A stretch of DNA of 64,000 nt, from NCBI GenBank assembly GCA_965222225.1, contig CBDCTK010000002.1, positions 4,640,001 through 4,704,000 on the forward strand, written 5' to 3'. Both the position numbers and the translations under genes were made by a program. Numbering within the stretch: the stretch's first letter is position 1; every line of letters starts with the position of its first letter. The notes beneath the pieces were generated by a model. The model made no database searches. It saw only the letters and a program-made list of their open reading frames with translations, and was not told where the DNA came from. Origin of the DNA: Candidatus Poribacteria bacterium. GTDB taxonomy: Bacteria; Poribacteria; WGA-4E; JAJDTR01. Shown here piece after piece: positions 60,760-64,000 of the stretch.

Positions 60760-62532
60760 TTAGACCCAGTTTAACAATTCCGGGAAACGATCCATTGCTT
60801 CCCGCCAAATATAGGTTTCAATCTCTCCTGCTGTGGAAAGTTTCATGATTTCGGCGACGAGGTATTGTGCGTCTTGAAGGGAAATTGAGCTTATGACCTT
60901 TTTAATCTCGGGAATTACCGTCGGGCTCATGCTGAGTTGTTCGTATCCCATGCCGATTAGCAGCACGCTCAACACAGGATCGCCCGCCATTTCTCCACAA
61001 ACAGTAATGTCAATTCCCGCGTCTAACGCAACATGAAGAACATTTTGGATTAAGCGAAGGACAGCTGGATGCAGAGGTTCATAAAGCGGCAGCGTTTCCT
61101 CGTTGCGCCGATCAATCGCTATCGTGTACTGAATGAGATCGTTTGTCCCGATACTGAAGAAGTCGACTTCCTTGGCAAGAAGATCGGCGCTAATCGCCGC
61201 GGCGGGGAGTTCAATCATCGCGCCGATTTCAATCTGGGGATCAAAAGGGATTCGCTCTTCTGCCAACTGTGCCCGCGCTTTCTCAAGATGCCATTTTGCC
61301 TCACGCAATTCGTCTAACCCGGAAATCATCGGAAACATTATCTTGACGTTTCCGTAATCGCTAGCTCTCAGTATAGCGCGTAGTTGATTCATGAAGATAT
61401 CGGGATATTTCAAACAAAGACGAATTGAACGCAAACCCATCAAGGAATCCATGCTGCTCCCGAGATTTAGATGTGGGACCAGTTTGTCGCCTCCAATGTC
61501 TAGGGTGCGGATTGTTGCCGCTTCAGGACTGACCTGTTCTACCATGTGTCGGTAATCTTCAAACAACTCTTCCTCTGAAGGCAAGTCTTCCCGGTCCATA
61601 TAAAAGTATTCCGTTCGATACAGTCCAACGCCCTTGGCGCCATATTTCCGAATCAGTTCAATTTCCTCAAGGAATTCAATGTTAGCAGCTATTTCGATTT
61701 GTCTGCCATCGGTCGTCTGAAGATCGACGGCGCGTAGCGCGGAAAGATCGACCTCAACCTTGTCATACTTTGCTCGCTCAGTTCGGTACTCGTTAATTTG
61801 CTCTTCATCCGGCCACATGATGATGCGCCCATGTGTGCCGTCAACCACCATTTGGTCGCCGGTTTCGGCTTTTGTGATAGCGGATCCAACGCCGACGATG
61901 GCGGGAATGCCTAATGAGCGTGCCAAGATCGCTGTGTGAGAGACGCGCGTGCCAGCCTCAGTCACAAACGCAAGAACTTTGGTTTTGCGCATTAGCACGG
62001 TATCTGAAGGCGTAAGATTGTGTGCGACAACAATAACTTCGTTTTCTTGATTGAAGAGATCCAACCGCTCCTCTCCCATCAGGAGGGATACAATCTGTTG
62101 CACGAGATCGTATAGGTCCACAGACCTTTCACGAAAATACGGGCTCTCTGATTGAGAGAAGACATCTATGAATTCGGCGCCGACATCTACAACAGCGGCT
62201 TCCGCGTTGACGTGGTGGGTTGCTATATGGCTTCGAATATGCTCCACCATCGTTGGATCTTCAAGCATCATGATATGAGCTTGGAAGATATCTGCACCGT
62301 CGCTATGCGCATCCAAGTGAAGACGTTGACGAATTGCTCGGAGGTCCTTTTTGACCTGCTTTACGGCATGGAGAAAGCGGTGTATTTCAGCCGGAACACC
62401 GTTGGCAGGGATGCTATGACGAGGGATGTCCACGCGGTCGTGGATGCGGAAAACCTCTCCGATAACGACGCCGGGTGAAGCTGCGAGTCCAGAAAGGACG
62501 GTAGAATTGCCTTCTGCTGATTGGGATGTCAT
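60760..62532 (-). CDS. ptsI: PEP-protein phosphotransferase (PTS enzyme I)
   Basis: SHTAILAR (phospho-His), GVGLYRTE, IRTLDIGGDK, SIGTNDLIQY and CGEMAG motifs. Confidence 0.96.
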   Translation of the reverse strand: MTSQSAEGNSTVLSGLAASPGVVIGEVFRIHDRVDIPRHSIPANGVPAEIHRFLHAVKQVKKDLRAIRQRLHLDAHSDGADIFQAHIMMLEDPTMVEHIRSHIATHHVNAEAAVVDVGAEFIDVFSQSESPYFRERSVDLYDLVQQIVSLLMGEERLDLFNQENEVIVVAHNLTPSDTVLMRKTKVLAFVTEAGTRVSHTAILARSLGIPAIVGVGSAITKAETGDQMVVDGTHGRIIMWPDEEQINEYRTERAKYDKVEVDLSALRAVDLQTTDGRQIEIAANIEFLEEIELIRKYGAKGVGLYRTEYFYMDREDLPSEEELFEDYRHMVEQVSPEAATIRTLDIGGDKLVPHLNLGSSMDSLMGLRSIRLCLKYPDIFMNQLRAILRASDYGNVKIMFPMISGLDELREAKWHLEKARAQLAEERIPFDPQIEIGAMIELPAAAISADLLAKEVDFFSIGTNDLIQYTIAIDRRNEETLPLYEPLHPAVLRLIQNVLHVALDAGIDITVCGEMAGDPVLSVLLIGMGYEQLSMSPTVIPEIKKVISSISLQDAQYLVAEIMKLSTAGEIETYIWREAMDRFPELLNWV

Positions 62533-62747
62533 AGCCTTTTAGCCGGGGAAAAGATTAGTCGTGTTGGTTGAAACGGGTTTGAGACTATACCGGGATGGTA
62601 TTATCCGTTACCGATGAACGTCGAATCCGAAACACGTTCAAGGCATTGCCGTAGGCAGCTTGCTTCTGGAGATTGGCTCGCATCCAACGGTCAATTGCGG
62701 TTTGATTTCATTACGAATCGGAAATTACTAAACCAAGGGTGGGACAA

Positions 62748-63014
62748 TCATGTTTCAATGAATCCACTTTCAATCAGCGCTGCCAGTTCTTCAATGGCTT
62801 CCTCTTCATCGGTGCCGTCGGTAGTAATGGTTAGCTCCGTTCTTTCCCCTGCCGCCAACATCATTATGCCCATGATGCTCTTCGCATTCACCTTCATCAA
62901 ACCTTTTTGAAGATAGATGTTAGACACAAAGCGACTGGATGTTTGAGCAAGCATTCCGGCTGTTCGCAGATGTAAACCGAGTGAATTCCGAACGGTAACC
63001 ACTTTTTCGCGCAT
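62748..63014 (-). CDS. ptsH: Phosphocarrier protein HPr
   Basis: GLHLR (His15, Arg17) and NAKSIMG (Ser46). Confidence 0.93.
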   Translation of the reverse strand: MREKVVTVRNSLGLHLRTAGMLAQTSSRFVSNIYLQKGLMKVNAKSIMGIMMLAAGERTELTITTDGTDEEEAIEELAALIESGFIET

Positions 63015-63207
63015 GAATAAACCCCATGAAACACTAGGAATCAGAGATGTCCGTCGTCATTGACCTATCTAATAGTGTGTTCCATCCTCCTTACAGTTTC
63101 GACTGCGACAAGTTGAGCGAGAATTGGGAGGAAACCACACATAAGGCAGCAGCGGTCTTGTACACTGTCGGATCATCTCGTGACATTCCAATATTAAGTT
63201 GGAATTG

Positions 63208-63609
63208 TCAAACCGCAGTTGGATCCAATCCACAATCAATGATACCTGCTTTGCCGCTTTCACATGCGGATGCCGCAAGCGCATTGAGATTGAGTTCGGA
63301 TCGGTGTGCCAGCACTTTCAGCAACATCGGCAAATTTAGACCGGTGACAACTCGAACCCCATTACCACGAAACAGAGAAAGACTCATTTGACAATCGCTC
63401 TCCCCAAAGATACCGGCAAGAATTAGCACACCGTCTTGTTGCTGAACACGAGAGACGGCTTGCGTAAGGTGTTGCAAGATTTCCTCTTTGCCCTCTTGCG
63501 GCATAACATCAACTGCAACGACCGCTTCTTGCTTGCCAAGAACGCTTTCTGCAGCATCCAAAAAAGTTGTTGCGAGTTTTCCGTGAGTGGTAATTATGAT
63601 ACTAACCAT
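63208..63609 (-). CDS. PTS mannose/fructose-type EIIA component
   Basis: IIITTHG and VVTGLNLPMLL motifs. Confidence 0.88.
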   Translation of the reverse strand: MVSIIITTHGKLATTFLDAAESVLGKQEAVVAVDVMPQEGKEEILQHLTQAVSRVQQQDGVLILAGIFGESDCQMSLSLFRGNGVRVVTGLNLPMLLKVLAHRSELNLNALAASACESGKAGIIDCGLDPTAV

Positions 63610-63711
63610 TTACTCCCGATGTGCCTCGGGTAAACATTTCCCATACCATGATGAGCTAGGAGCAGAGGTTGTCTCAATCGTAACATTTTCGGATGCAGAC
63701 GCGACGGAGAC

Positions 63712-64000
63712 TTATCGTTTTCCATCTGACGGATGAACAATCTCGCGATGGAGGGTTTCATGTCGCCATTGATCGAGCACAACTTCGTCATTCTTATCCT
63801 GTGTCATTTCTACGAGGGCACTGTCAAATTCTTTTGCTGCGTCCAAGCCTAATTTATCGCCCCAGAAACTCATGGCAGCAACCTCGATCAGGTTCGCCAA
63901 ATTTCTTCCGGGACGCACGGGTATTACGACATGTGGCAGTCTCTCATTATGAAATATGTACTCATCATCTCTAACTCCAGTTCGATTGTACGCCTTCTCT
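63712..64000 (-). CDS. hprK: HPr kinase/phosphorylase, C-terminal part (gene starts beyond the window)
   Basis: Frame is open to the window edge: YNRTG...LPHVVIPVRPGRNLANLIEVAAM. PTS gene context. Confidence 0.9.
   Translation of the reverse strand, partial: EKAYNRTGVRDDEYIFHNERLPHVVIPVRPGRNLANLIEVAAMSFWGDKLGLDAAKEFDSALVEMTQDKNDEVVLDQWRHETLHREIVHPSDGKR

Noticed and set aside
41-63974. Numerous 60-220 aa antisense or alternate-frame ORFs in the track (e.g. 16146..16754, 20747..21409, 38685..39275, 56911..57438)
   Set aside because: They are nested in well-supported genes and carry no family motifs; these are expected shadow ORFs.
1-64000. CRISPR array, rRNA, tRNA, integrase or transposase
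   Set aside because: No regularly spaced direct repeats or recognisable RNA-gene or transposase motifs were seen by eye. A covariance-model scan was not possible.

Overview
Gene-dense bacterial chromosomal window, about 50% GC by eye, standard genetic code. The gene content points to Candidatus Poribacteria or a similar marine/sponge-associated lineage (inference only): five PhyH-family dioxygenases, two DUF6785/DUF6784-like membrane proteins, a giant secreted TPR protein and GTAG-type REP palindromes. Layout: (1) 1-9.8 kb, a PhyH/SDR/AKR cluster with two paralogous polytopic transporter-like genes. (2) 10.3-28.7 kb, an 18-kb MoxR-DUF58-vWA/BatA-ABC operon containing a ~2,470-aa TPR protein and a small decayed insertion. 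(3) 28.9-33.3 kb, a defence-like island: GmrSD-DUF5655, Schlafen/AlbA_2-HATPase and an orphan ParA-like ATPase. (4) 33.5-44.3 kb, Ldh_2 dehydrogenase, two PhyH genes, a DUF6786-like protein, a 28-blade YCF48-like lipoprotein, a TonB-like-anchor vWA protein and a 1-Cys peroxiredoxin. (5) 44.5-46.9 kb, an apparently complete tetrahydrobiopterin synthesis operon (dual-domain PTPS, folE, Chlorobium-type sepiapterin reductase candidate). (6) 46.9-64 kb, mostly housekeeping: two CNNM/CBS proteins, Ser/Thr kinase, GNAT, aroK, aroB, HD protein, nadB, thioesterase, valS, ptsI, ptsH, EIIA-Man and partial hprK. Eight frameshift sites and two in-frame stops split otherwise intact genes; many are probably long-read consensus errors. 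No CRISPR array, rRNA, tRNA, integrase or transposase was recognised. Family assignments come from recalled motifs, not from database searches.
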